DNA from: an uncultured Gemmatimonadales bacterium | Lineage (GTDB): Bacteria; Gemmatimonadota; Gemmatimonadetes; Longimicrobiales; RSA9 | Assembly: GCA_963708135.1 (NCBI GenBank) | Contig: OY970192.1 | Coordinates: 4,224,001 to 4,288,000, forward strand | Direction of reading: 5' to 3' | Length of the DNA stretch: 64,000 nucleotides | Shown: positions 26,719 to 38,549 of the stretch, one piece after another | Layout of the letters: every line of letters starts with the position of its first letter | Position numbering within the stretch: the stretch's first letter is position 1 | The notes under the pieces: model-generated | What the model saw: the letters and a program-made list of their open reading frames with translations, nothing else | Databases searched by the model: none | Told to the model about the DNA's origin: nothing | Program-made: the position numbers and the translations under genes

Positions 26719-28023
26719 ATGGCACAGCGCGAGCAGAAGAGGCTTCGCGGGGATACGGACACCGTCGATCGGGCGGTCGAGATCCTCGAGGGGCGCGGCG
26801 AGCGGGGCTTTGTTGCGCGCACGCTGCCGTTCCTGGGGCCCGCCTTCGTGGCGAGCGTCGCCTACATCGACCCGGGCAACTTCGCCACCAACATCCAGGG
26901 CGGCGCCGAGTTCGGCTACATGCTGCTTTGGGTCGTGGTGGCGAGCAATCTCACGGCGATGCTCGTGCAGGCCCTCAGCGCGAAGCTCGGGATCGCCACG
27001 GGAAGGAACCTGGCCGAGCTCTGCCGCGACCGCTTTCCCCGCCCCGTCGTCTGGGGCATGTGGGCGGTCAGCGAGCTGGTGGCCATGGCCACGGACCTGG
27101 CCGAGTTCCTGGGCGCTGCGCTCGGCTTCTACCTGCTCTTTCACATCCCGCTGCTGCTCGCCGCGTTGCTCACCGGCCTGGTCACGCTCGTGATCCTGGC
27201 GCTCGAGCGGCATGGCTTCCGGCCGGTGGAGGCGGTGATCACCGGGTTCGTGGGGGTCATCGCCGTCGCCTACCTGATCGAGACCGTGCTCGACCGGCCG
27301 GATTGGGGAGCGCTCGCCGTGGGCGCGTTCGTGCCTCGCTTCGCCGGCAAGGAGAGCGTGCTCCTGGCGACGGGGATCCTGGGCGCCACGGTGATGCCGC
27401 ACGTGGTCTTCCTGCACTCCGCGCTCACGCAGCACCGCATCGTGCCGCGCAGCGACGAGCAGGCGCGCCGGCTGTTCCGCTTCGAGGTGATGGACGTGAT
27501 CATCGCGATGGGGCTGGCGGGGCTGGTGAACGCGGCCATGCTGATCATGGCCGCGGCCACCTTCCACTCGCACGGGCTCACCGGCATCGCCACCATCGAG
27601 GAGGCGCACCGCACGCTCGCGCCGCTGCTCGGCGCCGCCTCGAGCGTCGTCTTCGCCGTCTCGCTCCTGGCCTCGGGGCTCTCCTCCTCCACGGTCGGCA
27701 CCATGGCGGGGCAGGTGATCATGCAGGGCTTCCTGCACTACCAGATCCCCGTCTGGGTCCGGCGCCTGTTCACCATGGTGCCCGCGATCGTCGTGATCGC
27801 CACCGGGCTGGACCCCACGCGCACGCTCGTGCTCAGCCAGGTCGTGCTCAGCTTCGGGCTCCCGTTCGCGCTCGTCCCGCTCGTCCTGTTCACGGCGCGC
27901 CGCGACGTCATGGGCGCGCTCGCCAACCGCCGCGCCACGACCTGGATGGCCTGGGCCGTCACGGCGGTGATCGTGCTGCTCAACCTCTTCCTCCTGTACC
28001 AGATCGCGCTCTCCGGAGGATGA
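26719..28023 (+). CDS. mntH: Nramp-family divalent metal (Mn2+/Fe2+) transporter
   Basis: AYIDPGNFATN, GATVMPH, GTMAGQ, LVLSQV. Confidence 0.95.
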   Translation: MAQREQKRLRGDTDTVDRAVEILEGRGERGFVARTLPFLGPAFVASVAYIDPGNFATNIQGGAEFGYMLLWVVVASNLTAMLVQALSAKLGIATGRNLAELCRDRFPRPVVWGMWAVSELVAMATDLAEFLGAALGFYLLFHIPLLLAALLTGLVTLVILALERHGFRPVEAVITGFVGVIAVAYLIETVLDRPDWGALAVGAFVPRFAGKESVLLATGILGATVMPHVVFLHSALTQHRIVPRSDEQARRLFRFEVMDVIIAMGLAGLVNAAMLIMAAATFHSHGLTGIATIEEAHRTLAPLLGAASSVVFAVSLLASGLSSSTVGTMAGQVIMQGFLHYQIPVWVRRLFTMVPAIVVIATGLDPTRTLVLSQVVLSFGLPFALVPLVLFTARRDVMGALANRRATTWMAWAVTAVIVLLNLFLLYQIALSGG

Positions 28024-28946
28024 CCATGTTCGCCCACCTGCTCGTCCCGCTCGACGGCTCTGCCACGGCCGAATCGGTGCTCCCCGCGGCCTCGCTCCTG
28101 GCCCGCCGCATGGACGCGCGCCTGACGCTGGTCCACGTGCTCGAGCCCGCGCCGCCGGCGCGCATCCACGGCGAGCGCCATCTCGGCCGCAAGGACGAGG
28201 CGGAGGCGTACCTGCGGGAGGTGGCGGCGTGGCTGGAGGCGCACGGGGCGAGCGCGCAGACGCGCGTGGAGCGTGGTGGAGGCGACGTCGCCCTGCAGAT
28301 CTTCCGGGGTGCGCGCGCGGTCGGTGCCGACCTGGTGGCGCTGTGCACCCATGGGGGCCGCGGCGTGCGCGGGTTCCTCTTCGGCCGCGTGGCGCAGCAG
28401 GTCCTCTCTCACGGCGACATCCCGGTGCTGCTCGTGCCGCCGCGCGGGGCGGGGCGGGAGGACCCCTTCGACGTGCGCCGGATCCTGCTCCCCCTCGACG
28501 GCAGCCCGACGGCGGAGACCGCGATCCCGGCCGCGACGTCGCTGGCCCGGCAGCTCGATGCCGCGCTGCTCCTGGACTGGATCGTCCCCACCGTGGGCAC
28601 GCTCATGGGCGAGCGCGGCGTGGCCAGCCGGCTCATGCCGACCGCGGCCGCGAAGCTGCTCGAGGATGAGGCCCGCCAGGCGGCGGCCTACCTCCAGCGC
28701 ACGGCGGCCCGGCTGCGCGAGGGGGGAGTCGAGGTGGGCGGCGTGGTGGAGCGGGGGGACGTCGGGCGCGTGCTCGGCGATGCCGCGAGCCGGCACCGCA
28801 CCGACATGACCGTCATGGCCACGCACGGCCGCTCCGGCGTCTCGGCCGTCTGGGCCGGCAGCGTGGCCTCCCGCGTGCTCGAGCGGAGCAGCCGGCCGGT
28901 GTTGCTCGTCCGCATTGCCCCCGTGCCCGCGGGCGCGCCGCGCTGA
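28020..28946 (+). CDS. Universal stress protein (tandem USP domains)
   Basis: LVPLDGS and LLPLDGS, THG.RG...GRVA, ATHGRSG...GSVA. Confidence 0.92.
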   Translation: MTMFAHLLVPLDGSATAESVLPAASLLARRMDARLTLVHVLEPAPPARIHGERHLGRKDEAEAYLREVAAWLEAHGASAQTRVERGGGDVALQIFRGARAVGADLVALCTHGGRGVRGFLFGRVAQQVLSHGDIPVLLVPPRGAGREDPFDVRRILLPLDGSPTAETAIPAATSLARQLDAALLLDWIVPTVGTLMGERGVASRLMPTAAAKLLEDEARQAAAYLQRTAARLREGGVEVGGVVERGDVGRVLGDAASRHRTDMTVMATHGRSGVSAVWAGSVASRVLERSSRPVLLVRIAPVPAGAPR

Positions 28947-28985
28947 CGAGAGATCCCGCCGCGCGGCGCCCGGGCGCCGGCGCGG

Positions 28986-30311
28986 CTACGGCTCGACCGA
29001 GTACTTCCAGCCGGCCATCTGCGCCGTTATCGGGATCGATGCCTGGAACTCCGCGGCCGGCGGCTCCTCGGCGGGTGCCTTCCCGCTCGCCGCCGCCGGC
29101 CGGTCGGGCGCGTTCAGTGTCACCGTCACCACGTCCGAGCCGACCTCCTTGCCGTCGAGCCCCAGGAACGAGAAGCGGAGCTTCACGACGTCGCCGGCCT
29201 TGAGCGAATGGTTCTTGACCTTGCCGGCGACCTTGACCGTGTCCGCGCCCGGAGTGAGCGAGACGTCGGTCACCTCGAACGGCAGCGCCTGTGCCTTCGT
29301 GAGCACGGCCAGCGTCGAGTCCTGCAGCGCCTTCTTGGCCCCCGGGCTCGTGGCCGCCAGCGCCAGGCCACGATAGGCGCGCCCGACCATCAGGTACAGC
29401 TCGGTGTTGTTCGGGTCCATTGCCTGCACCTTGCGCGTGATGGCGATCAGGTCGCGGAAGAGCGGCTCGAGCTGCTTGTGGTACTGCGCCTGATCGGCCG
29501 GCTTGGCCGCCTTCCGCTGCTCATCGATCTTCTGCGCCTCCGAGTAGATCGACTGCGCCAGGTTGTAGGCGTAATCGCGCGAGTACGGGTTCACCTCGAG
29601 CGCCTTGCGGAACTCGGCCGCCGCTACCGTGAAGCTGTCGGCGTTGAACGCCGTGATGGCATCCTGCGCATCCATCTGCGCGAGGTTCATCTTCGCCACC
29701 GCCTCGTACTGCTTCCACTGCGCCTGGTCCTCCGGCTTCAGCTTGTCGCGCAGCGGGCCGTTCAGCCGCTCGATCGCGGTGCGGAACGCCGCACGCGCCT
29801 GCTCGGGCTTGTTGTTGTTGGCGTACAGCATGCCCAGGTTCAGCTCGGCCTCGGGACGCGCGTCGTAGATCGTCTCCGCCTTCTCCATGTAGTAGATGGC
29901 GGAGTCGGGCTTCTGCGCGTCCATCGCGCTCGCCCCCGCCTGGAACGCCTTCAGCCAGGCCTGCTCGCGCGACGGCGTGACCTCGTCCTTGTAGTCGGGG
30001 TACAGCTGGACCGCCTTGTCGAACGCGGAGTCCGCCGCCGCGTAGCGGTCCAGTCCCGCGTAGACCTGCCCCGCAAGCAGCCAGACCTTGGCGTTGTCCG
30101 GCTCCTTCTGCATGCCTTCCTGAAGCGACTGCAGCGCCTGGTTGTAGAGGTCCTGCTTCTCTTCCGGCTTCTGCTTCAGCTCGGCCAGCGTCAGGTACTT
30201 GGTGGCGTCCTTCGTCCACTTGTTGTCCTTCGGCTCCTGCGCCCGCAGCCCCGTCGGGACGAAGGCGAGGGCCAGGACGAGGACCCACCCGAATCTCTGC
30301 AACCGTGCCAT
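28986..30311 (-). CDS. Exported tetratricopeptide-repeat protein with small C-terminal beta domain
   Basis: Signal peptide and several TPR-like helices (PDNAKVWLLAGQVY, FDKAVQLYP, FRKALEVNPY). Confidence 0.85.
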   Translation of the reverse strand: MARLQRFGWVLVLALAFVPTGLRAQEPKDNKWTKDATKYLTLAELKQKPEEKQDLYNQALQSLQEGMQKEPDNAKVWLLAGQVYAGLDRYAAADSAFDKAVQLYPDYKDEVTPSREQAWLKAFQAGASAMDAQKPDSAIYYMEKAETIYDARPEAELNLGMLYANNNKPEQARAAFRTAIERLNGPLRDKLKPEDQAQWKQYEAVAKMNLAQMDAQDAITAFNADSFTVAAAEFRKALEVNPYSRDYAYNLAQSIYSEAQKIDEQRKAAKPADQAQYHKQLEPLFRDLIAITRKVQAMDPNNTELYLMVGRAYRGLALAATSPGAKKALQDSTLAVLTKAQALPFEVTDVSLTPGADTVKVAGKVKNHSLKAGDVVKLRFSFLGLDGKEVGSDVVTVTLNAPDRPAAASGKAPAEEPPAAEFQASIPITAQMAGWKYSVEP

Positions 30312-30540
30312 TGTGTCCCGCCTCCAGTATTGGGCTTACTCCGTGTGGCGCCGATACTTCCGAATGCGGCGCAACGACCGTTCGCATACCTGGCAGACCG
30401 CCCGAACGTTCCGCGCGCGCGAGGAGCGCCCGCAGCCACGGACTCAGTGCGGCGGCGCGACGCTCGACTGCTACGGCGGCTCTCTGAAAGGGGTTACAGA
30501 ATAATCGGCCACGCCGCCTTTCACAAGGCAAGCCGCGCCG

Positions 30541-31872
30541 CTACTGCTTCTCCGGCGGCACCATGAGCGCCGTGGCCGCGTGCAGCCCGGCTGCCACCTC
30601 GGGGACGATGCCGAGACGTACGAAGACCGGCCGGATCTCGACGCGGAGGGCGGGCAGCCGATGCGCGAACCAGAACGCACCCAGGATCGAGGCGACGCCG
30701 CCCGCCGCGATCGTCCAGGGCGCGCCGATCCTCGCGGCGGCCGCGCCCGCCAGGAGGCTGCCGAGCGGGACGGTGCCGGTGAACGCCATGGTGTAGAGGC
30801 TCATGACCCGTCCGCGCTTGTCCTCGTCCACGATGGTCTGGAGTATGGTGTTGCTCGCGGCCATCTGCACCATCATGCCGAAGCCGGTCACGAGCAGGAG
30901 CGGCAGCGAGAGCCAGAGCCGTGTGGAGAAGGAGAAGGCGACGAGTCCCGCGCCGAAGACCGCGGCGGCCATGACGATGACCCGGCCGAGCCCCACCACG
31001 GAGCTGCGCGCGGCCAGGTAGAGCGCGCCGATGAGGGCGCCCAGCCCGGTCGCCCCCATGAGCGCGCCGAGCGTGCTCGGCCCGCCGTGCAGCACCCGGG
31101 TGGCGATGACCGGCATGAGGACGGTGTACGGCACGCCCACGATGCTGACCAGTGCGAGCAGGGTCAGCACGGCGCGGATCGGGCCGAAGCCGAAGGCGTA
31201 GGTGAAACCCTCGCGCAGCCGGGCGACGACTCGCGGCCGCCGCTCCGGGCGGGCGGGCGGCGGCAGGCGCATGGCCAGCAGCGCTGCAATCACGGCCAGA
31301 TAGCTCAGGCCGTTCAGCAGGAAGCAGGCGCCCTCGCCGACGAGGGCGATGAGCATGCCGGCGAGCGCGGGTCCCACGAGCCGGGCGCCGTTGAACATGG
31401 AGGAGTTCAGCGCGATGGCGTTGGCGAGGTCCTGCTTCTTCTCGACCATCTGGACGAGGAAGGCCTGGCGGGTGGGCGTGTCGAAGCCGTTGACCACGCC
31501 GAGCAACATGCTGAGGACGAGGATCTCCGGGACCGTGATGCGGCCGGCGAGCACGAGGCCCGCCAGGAGCAGCGCCTGTACCATCGAGAGCGCCTGCGTC
31601 GCCACGATCGTGCGGTGCCGGTCCCAGTGGTCGGCGAGCACGCCGGCCACGGGCGAGACGATGAAGGCGGGGATCTGTCCGAAGAAGCCGACCAGGCCGA
31701 GCATGAAGGCGGAGCCGGTCAGGCGGTAGACCAGCCAGCTCAGCGCGACCTGCTGCAGCCAGGTGCCGACGAGCGAGATGCTCTGCCCGGCGAAGAAGAG
31801 GCGGAAGTTGCGCGAGCCGAGCGCGCGCACGGCGAGCCGCGGCGCGGGCGCCGCGGCCGGGCGGCGGCTCAT
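30541..31872 (-). CDS. MFS transporter (MFS_3 / macrolide-efflux-like)
   Basis: RNFRLFFAGQSIS, GVLADHWDR, PTRQAF, NAIALNS, RGRVMS. About 12 TM segments. Confidence 0.92.
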   Translation of the reverse strand: MSRRPAAAPAPRLAVRALGSRNFRLFFAGQSISLVGTWLQQVALSWLVYRLTGSAFMLGLVGFFGQIPAFIVSPVAGVLADHWDRHRTIVATQALSMVQALLLAGLVLAGRITVPEILVLSMLLGVVNGFDTPTRQAFLVQMVEKKQDLANAIALNSSMFNGARLVGPALAGMLIALVGEGACFLLNGLSYLAVIAALLAMRLPPPARPERRPRVVARLREGFTYAFGFGPIRAVLTLLALVSIVGVPYTVLMPVIATRVLHGGPSTLGALMGATGLGALIGALYLAARSSVVGLGRVIVMAAAVFGAGLVAFSFSTRLWLSLPLLLVTGFGMMVQMAASNTILQTIVDEDKRGRVMSLYTMAFTGTVPLGSLLAGAAAARIGAPWTIAAGGVASILGAFWFAHRLPALRVEIRPVFVRLGIVPEVAAGLHAATALMVPPEKQ

Positions 31873-31952
31873 CGCTCGGCCTCGCGTCGGCGGGCGCCGC
31901 CGTCCCCGCGCGGCGGCGCTCCCGGCGCGTTCCTCACCGCCGCGTCACGCGC

Positions 31953-33509
<1,557 letters not shown>

Positions 33510-33672
33510 GGCGAGAGCTCCGGAGAATGGGCGGAGGCAGGGATGGGGGGAAAGCGCCTCACGCACAGCGTACCCCCACGTGCGCGCGGCCGCAAGAAGC
33601 GACGGGCACGGCGCCCGGCCGTGCCCGTCCGTTCCTCCTGGCGAAGGGCTCCGCGAGCCCCGCCCGCCCGCC

Positions 33673-34536
33673 TCAGTGCGAGGGGCCGCCGCCCATCATC
33701 TTCGACATCGGGACCTGCGTGAAATCGGCGGGAATCTCGAACAGCGAGGCATCCAGCGGCTTCCGGTCCACGGATTGGACCATGGTGTGGACGAAGACGT
33801 AGCCGCCGCCCGCGCCCGGCACTCCGGCCGGCGCCTTCATGACGACCTTCGACTCCATCGGGTAGCCCTTGTCCTGGATGGCGGCCTGCGGGTTCGTGCC
33901 CATCCGGTTCATCGCCCGCATGTCGTTCTGCATGGTCTCGAACTGCCCCATGGACTCGCGCAGCTCGGGCGAGACCCACGCGATGGCGGCGAAGGTCTTC
34001 CCATCCACCTCGTACCCGGTGGTCTTCACCCCGGCCACCGTCTTCTGGCCGAGCGGCTTGACCGGCGCGTCCTGCGCGTCCTCCGGCGCCTCCACGCCCA
34101 TCTGCTGGCGCATCTGCTCCATGCGCTCGCCCAGCTGCTTCATCTCGTCCTTCGACATCGTCATCACGCGCTTGTTGTCCGGCATGACGATGTAGACCAT
34201 CTCCTTTTCGGCATCGATGATCGTGTAGCTCTTGCCCATCATCGGGCTCGCCATCGCCCCGTCCACCCGCATCTTCTTGCCCTTGATGTAGAGCGTGGCG
34301 TCCTGCGCCGTCAACTCGCCCGGATCGCTGGCCTCGACCTTGTCCAGCGGCAGCTTGACCACCGCCGCCGGGTCCACCGCCTTGCCGCCCGCGAGCTTCG
34401 ATACCGCCGCCGGCAATGCCATGAGCATGTGCTGCTTGATCACCCCTTCGAAGGGGCCCTGCGCCCGCGCGCCCACCGGCAGCGCGAGGACCAGCGGCAG
34501 GGCGAGCCCCGCGAGCTTGAGTGGTGCGGATCTCAT
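33673..34536 (-). CDS. Exported DUF4412-like protein
   Basis: Signal peptide ending ARAQ, FEGVI, LYIKGKKMRVD, LG..TVAG, LFEIPADF. Confidence 0.75.
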   Translation of the reverse strand: MRSAPLKLAGLALPLVLALPVGARAQGPFEGVIKQHMLMALPAAVSKLAGGKAVDPAAVVKLPLDKVEASDPGELTAQDATLYIKGKKMRVDGAMASPMMGKSYTIIDAEKEMVYIVMPDNKRVMTMSKDEMKQLGERMEQMRQQMGVEAPEDAQDAPVKPLGQKTVAGVKTTGYEVDGKTFAAIAWVSPELRESMGQFETMQNDMRAMNRMGTNPQAAIQDKGYPMESKVVMKAPAGVPGAGGGYVFVHTMVQSVDRKPLDASLFEIPADFTQVPMSKMMGGGPSH

Positions 34537-34683
34537 GAATGACCTCCGGTCATGGTTCGTGTCGCGCCCGTGAAAGATAGCCGCTCGGGTGGTGCGGCGG
34601 TATCGGGGGCGCCATCCCACGCCACCGTGGACGCGCGGGGCGCGCCGCGTTACCATGGGGCTGCCACCATCCCGGAGGCCTTC

Positions 34684-35565
34684 ATGAAGCGGACCATCCA
34701 TCCCGCGCTTCGGCGCGCGCTCGCGCCGTTGGCGCTGGGCGCGCTCGTGGCGGGCGGCTGTGCGCGGCCCGCGGCCGGCGGCGCCGCGCAGGCTTCGCCG
34801 CCGGCGGGCGACGTCGCCATCCACCCGACGGCGCCCGACTCGCTGCCCGCGGCGGTCCTGGGCAAGGCGCCGCCGCCGCAGGGGCACGACCTGGCCTACT
34901 TCCCGGGGCACCCGCAGACGCGCGGCTACCTGGCCGTGCCGAAGGGGAGCGGTCCGTTCCCGGCGCTCATCCTGATCCACGAGTGGAACGGGCTGAACGA
35001 CCGGGTGCGGCAGGTGGCGGACGCGATGGCGGCGGAAGGCTACGTCGCGCTGGCGGCGGACCTGTACTCGGGCCGCACGGGCAGCACGCCGCAGGAGAAC
35101 ACTGCGCTCGTGCGGGAGACGCTGGCGGACAGCGCCACGTTGATCGCCAACCTGGACGCGGCGGCGGCGTACCTGCGCGCGCGGCCGGACGTGAGCGGGA
35201 AGGTGGCGGCGATCGGCTGGTGCTTCGGCGGCGGCGTCGCCCTCAGCTACGGCGTGGGGGGCGCCCACCACGAGGGCACGGCCATGTTCTACGGCCGCCT
35301 GCTGCAGGACCCGGCAGTGCTCGCGCGCATGCGACACCCGCTCTACGGCACATTCGCCGGGCTGGACCGCGGTATCCGGCCGGACCAGGTGGCGAAGTTC
35401 GTCACCGCGCTGCGGGCGGCCAGGATCCCGAACGACGTGCACGTCTACGACGACGTGAACCACGGCTTCTGGCTCTGGGTGGACCGCGATCCGGAGCACA
35501 ACACCGGGCCGGCACTGGACGCGTGGCGCCGTCTCAAGACGTACCTCCGGCGCACGCTGGGCTGA
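34684..35565 (+). CDS. Dienelactone hydrolase-family lipoprotein
   Basis: Lipobox VAGGC, IHEWNGLN, GWCFGG, HGF. Confidence 0.9.
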   Translation: MKRTIHPALRRALAPLALGALVAGGCARPAAGGAAQASPPAGDVAIHPTAPDSLPAAVLGKAPPPQGHDLAYFPGHPQTRGYLAVPKGSGPFPALILIHEWNGLNDRVRQVADAMAAEGYVALAADLYSGRTGSTPQENTALVRETLADSATLIANLDAAAAYLRARPDVSGKVAAIGWCFGGGVALSYGVGGAHHEGTAMFYGRLLQDPAVLARMRHPLYGTFAGLDRGIRPDQVAKFVTALRAARIPNDVHVYDDVNHGFWLWVDRDPEHNTGPALDAWRRLKTYLRRTLG

Positions 35566-35572
35566 GGCGGCC

Positions 35573-36091
35573 GTGGCGGATCCGGACCGGGCGTCGAGCG
35601 CGGCAGGTCTCGTCGTCGCGCTCTCGATCGGGGCGGAGCGGCTGCAGCCGCTCGTGTCGGTGCCGCGTGTCACGGCACGGGCCGGCCGAGGCGTGGAAGG
35701 CGACCGCTACTTCGACCACGCGCGGCGCCTCTCGCGCGACCCGCACCGGGCGTGCGGCATCACGCTGATCGAGATGGAGGCGCTCGAAGCGCTCGAGCGG
35801 GAGCACGGCATCGCCATGACGCCGGCCGAGAGCCGGCGCACCGTGGCGGTCCGCGGCATCGACCTGAACGCGCTCGTCGGCCACGAGTTCCGAGTGGGCT
35901 CGGCGCGGCTGCGCGGGCTCCTCCTGTGCGAGCCGTGCGTCCACCTCGAACGGCTCAGCGGCAAGAAGGTCGTGCGCGGCCTCGTCCACCGCGGCGGGCT
36001 GCGCGCCGCCATCATCGAGGACGGCGAGATCGCCGTCGGCGACACCCTTGCCGTACCGGACCTCGCGGTCCGAACGAAAGGCGGCCGGTGA
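35573..36091 (+). CDS. MOSC-domain protein
   Basis: GVEGDRY, ITLIE, SRR, LCEPC, GGLRA, GEIAVGD. Confidence 0.88.
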   Translation: MADPDRASSAAGLVVALSIGAERLQPLVSVPRVTARAGRGVEGDRYFDHARRLSRDPHRACGITLIEMEALEALEREHGIAMTPAESRRTVAVRGIDLNALVGHEFRVGSARLRGLLLCEPCVHLERLSGKKVVRGLVHRGGLRAAIIEDGEIAVGDTLAVPDLAVRTKGGR

Positions 36092-36299
36092 GGCTGGTCG
36101 AGGCTGCACCTTGATCGAACCGGCCTGAGTCGTTATATGATTGTCATCCGGATCGTCCGCGCCGCTCCCCCGGCGCGCAAAGGATCCGGGCTCCCTCATC
36201 CCCGGCAGGGAATCCAGCACAGCGCGTCGCGCGGTTGCGAACTGCGGAGAGGCTCTCTCCGCGCCGTGCGGCCATCCGTGAACCGAACCGCGAAGAGCC

Positions 36300-37091
36300 G
36301 TGAAGGTAACGACCGCCAGTCTCGTCCTGCTCGTCCCCGTGCTTGCCGGCGCTTCCGGTGCCGGTGCGCAGAGCCTGCACGGGTCCTCTCACTCCATGGC
36401 GGTGCAGAACGCCGCCGCCCATCGCAACGACTTCACCTACATCGAGACGGCCGCGCAACTGAGGCGGTTCGTGCGGCTGGGGCTGCTCGTGGAGCTGCCG
36501 GGGAACCGCGACTACGGGCTGGAGGGGGTCTCGTTCCCCTACACTCGCCCGCAGGTCCGGACCTTCGTGGAGCGGCTCGCGCGACAGTACCACGATGCCT
36601 GCGGCGAGCCGCTGGTGGTGACGAGCGCGACACGGCCGATCAATGACCAGCCGGCGAACGCCTCCGAGATCTCCGTCCACCCCACCGGGATGGCGCTGGA
36701 CCTGCGCGTGAGCAACCGCTCGGCGTGCCGCTCCTGGCTCGCGCGTGTGCTCCTCTCGCTCGAGAACCAGGGCCTGCTCGAGGCCACGCGCGAGCACTAC
36801 CCGTCCCACTTCCACGTTGCGGTGTTCCCGGCGCGCTACCACCGCTACGTGGCGGCGCTGGAGCGGAAGTCCCACCGCAGCGAGGCGCGCCTGGCGTCGT
36901 CCTCGACGTCGGGCGGCATGCTCCAGAAGGCAGCGCCGTCCGCGCGGGTCTACGAGGTGCAGAGCGGCGACTCGCTCTGGTCGATCGCGCAGGACCACGG
37001 CACCACGGTGCGCGCCATCAAGGAGCTGAACGGCCTGAGCGACTCCCGCATCGACCCCGGCCAGGTGCTCCGCCTGCCGCTCGCGTCCTAG
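36300..37091 (+). CDS. DUF5715 (M15 peptidase-like) plus LysM exported cell-wall protein
   Basis: Signal peptide, VTSATR, SVHPTGMALDL, HFHV, C-terminal LysM YEVQSGDSLWSIA...IDPGQVL. Confidence 0.85.
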   Translation: MKVTTASLVLLVPVLAGASGAGAQSLHGSSHSMAVQNAAAHRNDFTYIETAAQLRRFVRLGLLVELPGNRDYGLEGVSFPYTRPQVRTFVERLARQYHDACGEPLVVTSATRPINDQPANASEISVHPTGMALDLRVSNRSACRSWLARVLLSLENQGLLEATREHYPSHFHVAVFPARYHRYVAALERKSHRSEARLASSSTSGGMLQKAAPSARVYEVQSGDSLWSIAQDHGTTVRAIKELNGLSDSRIDPGQVLRLPLAS

Positions 37092-37157
37092 GCACCGCAT
37101 CCGAAGCGGCGATGTCGGTCGCCGGCGGATCGGTGCTCACCCAGCTCCCGGTCTCCT

Positions 37158-37538
37158 CTAGCCCGGCACCGCGGCGATCGCCTGGATCTCGATCTGGTAG
37201 CCGTGGTGCAGCTCCTTGACCGGCACCACGGCCCGGGCCGGGCGGGCGTCGCCGAGGACGCGGGCGTAGGCCGCGTTGACGGCGTCCCACAGCGACATGT
37301 CGGAGACGTAGATCGTCATCTGGAGCGCGTGCTCGAGGCCGCTGCCCGCCGCGCGCAGGATCGCCTCCACGTTGCGCAGCGCCCGCTCCGTCTGCGCCTC
37401 GATCGCCCCGACGGGCGCGCCGGGCTGCGCGGGATCGATCGGCAGCTGCCCCGCCACGAAGACCAATCCCCCGTGCACCACCGCCTGCGAGTAGTGGCCC
37501 GCCGGCCGCGGCGCGCCCTCCGTATCGACTCTCCTCAC
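37158..37538 (-). CDS. RidA/YjgF-family protein
   Basis: AP.PAGHYSQAV, VAGQLPIDP, VN..Y, RPAR, IEIQAIA. Confidence 0.92.
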   Translation of the reverse strand: MRRVDTEGAPRPAGHYSQAVVHGGLVFVAGQLPIDPAQPGAPVGAIEAQTERALRNVEAILRAAGSGLEHALQMTIYVSDMSLWDAVNAAYARVLGDARPARAVVPVKELHHGYQIEIQAIAAVPG

Positions 37539-37660
37539 GCGCTCCTCCGATCGCTGTTGTCGTGACCCGGGACGGGTGATCCGGCAAGATAGGGCGGCCG
37601 GCCGGGCTCGGGCAGGGCGCGGCGGGCCGCGCGCACTCGCGGAGGCCCGCCCGGGCTGCT

Positions 37661-37948
37661 ATGGTGTCGTGGAAACGCGGCCACTCGGATGGGGGATCGG
37701 CGCTCGTGGCATCGAGAGGCAGGCTCTGGACGGCGCTGTTCCTGGTCGTCGTCGTCGTGGGGATCCTGTTCGCGCTGTACCGGGAGGCGTTCAACGGCCC
37801 GGTGTTCGATCCCCGCGCGTACCCGACGCTCCAGGCGTGCATGGCGGCGATCCCGGCCGAGTGGCAGCCGGGCAGCCTCGATCGCCAGCAGGCGGAGGCC
37901 GGCTGCCGGGACGCGGCGGAGCGGCGCGCGGGCGGCGGCTCCCGCTGA
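37661..37948 (+). CDS. Small single-TM hypothetical protein with two Cys
   Basis: TM LWTALFLVVVVVGILFALY followed by ACMAAIPAEW...EAGC. Fills the gap between RidA and ferritin. Start uncertain. Confidence 0.55.
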   Translation: MVSWKRGHSDGGSALVASRGRLWTALFLVVVVVGILFALYREAFNGPVFDPRAYPTLQACMAAIPAEWQPGSLDRQQAEAGCRDAAERRAGGGSR

Positions 37949-38043
37949 GGCGCGGCCCCTGTCCGCATCGCGCGGCAGGGGCCACGGGGCGCGACGACAC
38001 ACGGACGAGGGCGGCCAGGCCGCCCGGGGCAAGGGAGGATGGA

Positions 38044-38544
38044 ATGCTGAGCGAGGCGCTGCAGGATGCCGTGAACGAGCAGATCAGGAACGAGCTCTAC
38101 TCCGCGTACCTCTACCTGGCGATGTCGGCGCACTTCGACGAGCAGAGCCTGCTCGGGTTCGCGAAGTGGATGCGGATGCAGGCGCGCGAGGAGGTGACGC
38201 ACGCCATGAAGCTGTTCGACTACATGGGCGACCGCGGCGGGCACATCGCCCTGAAGTCGATCGACGGGCCGCCCGCCACCTTCGACTCGCCGCTCGAGAT
38301 CTTCCGCCAGGCGCTCGCGCACGAGCAGGAGGTCACCCGCATGATCCACGACCTGTACGCGCTCGCCGGGCGGGAGAACGACTATCCCACCCAGGTGGCG
38401 CTACAGTGGTTCGTGAGCGAGCAGGTCGAGGAGGAGAAGACGGCCACCGACATCGTGGACCAGCTCGAGATGGCGGGCGACAACCGCGGCGCGCTGCTCC
38501 TGCTCGACCGCGAGATGGCCGGGCGCGGGGCCGTCGCGGAGTGA
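38044..38544 (+). CDS. ftnA: Non-heme ferritin
   Basis: NEQIRNELYSAYLYLAMS, EEVTHAMKL, HEQEVT, WFVSEQVEEE. GGGAGG RBS. Confidence 0.93.
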   Translation: MLSEALQDAVNEQIRNELYSAYLYLAMSAHFDEQSLLGFAKWMRMQAREEVTHAMKLFDYMGDRGGHIALKSIDGPPATFDSPLEIFRQALAHEQEVTRMIHDLYALAGRENDYPTQVALQWFVSEQVEEEKTATDIVDQLEMAGDNRGALLLLDREMAGRGAVAE

Positions 38545-38549
38545 GGGCC

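Noticed and set aside
36140..36299. Possible c-di-GMP-I or c-di-AMP riboswitch before the LysM gene (GCGCAAAG...CCGGGCT)
   Set aside because: Lacks the GGCAAA and GNRA elements of c-di-GMP-I and the conserved ydaO blocks. An Infernal/Rfam scan would settle it.
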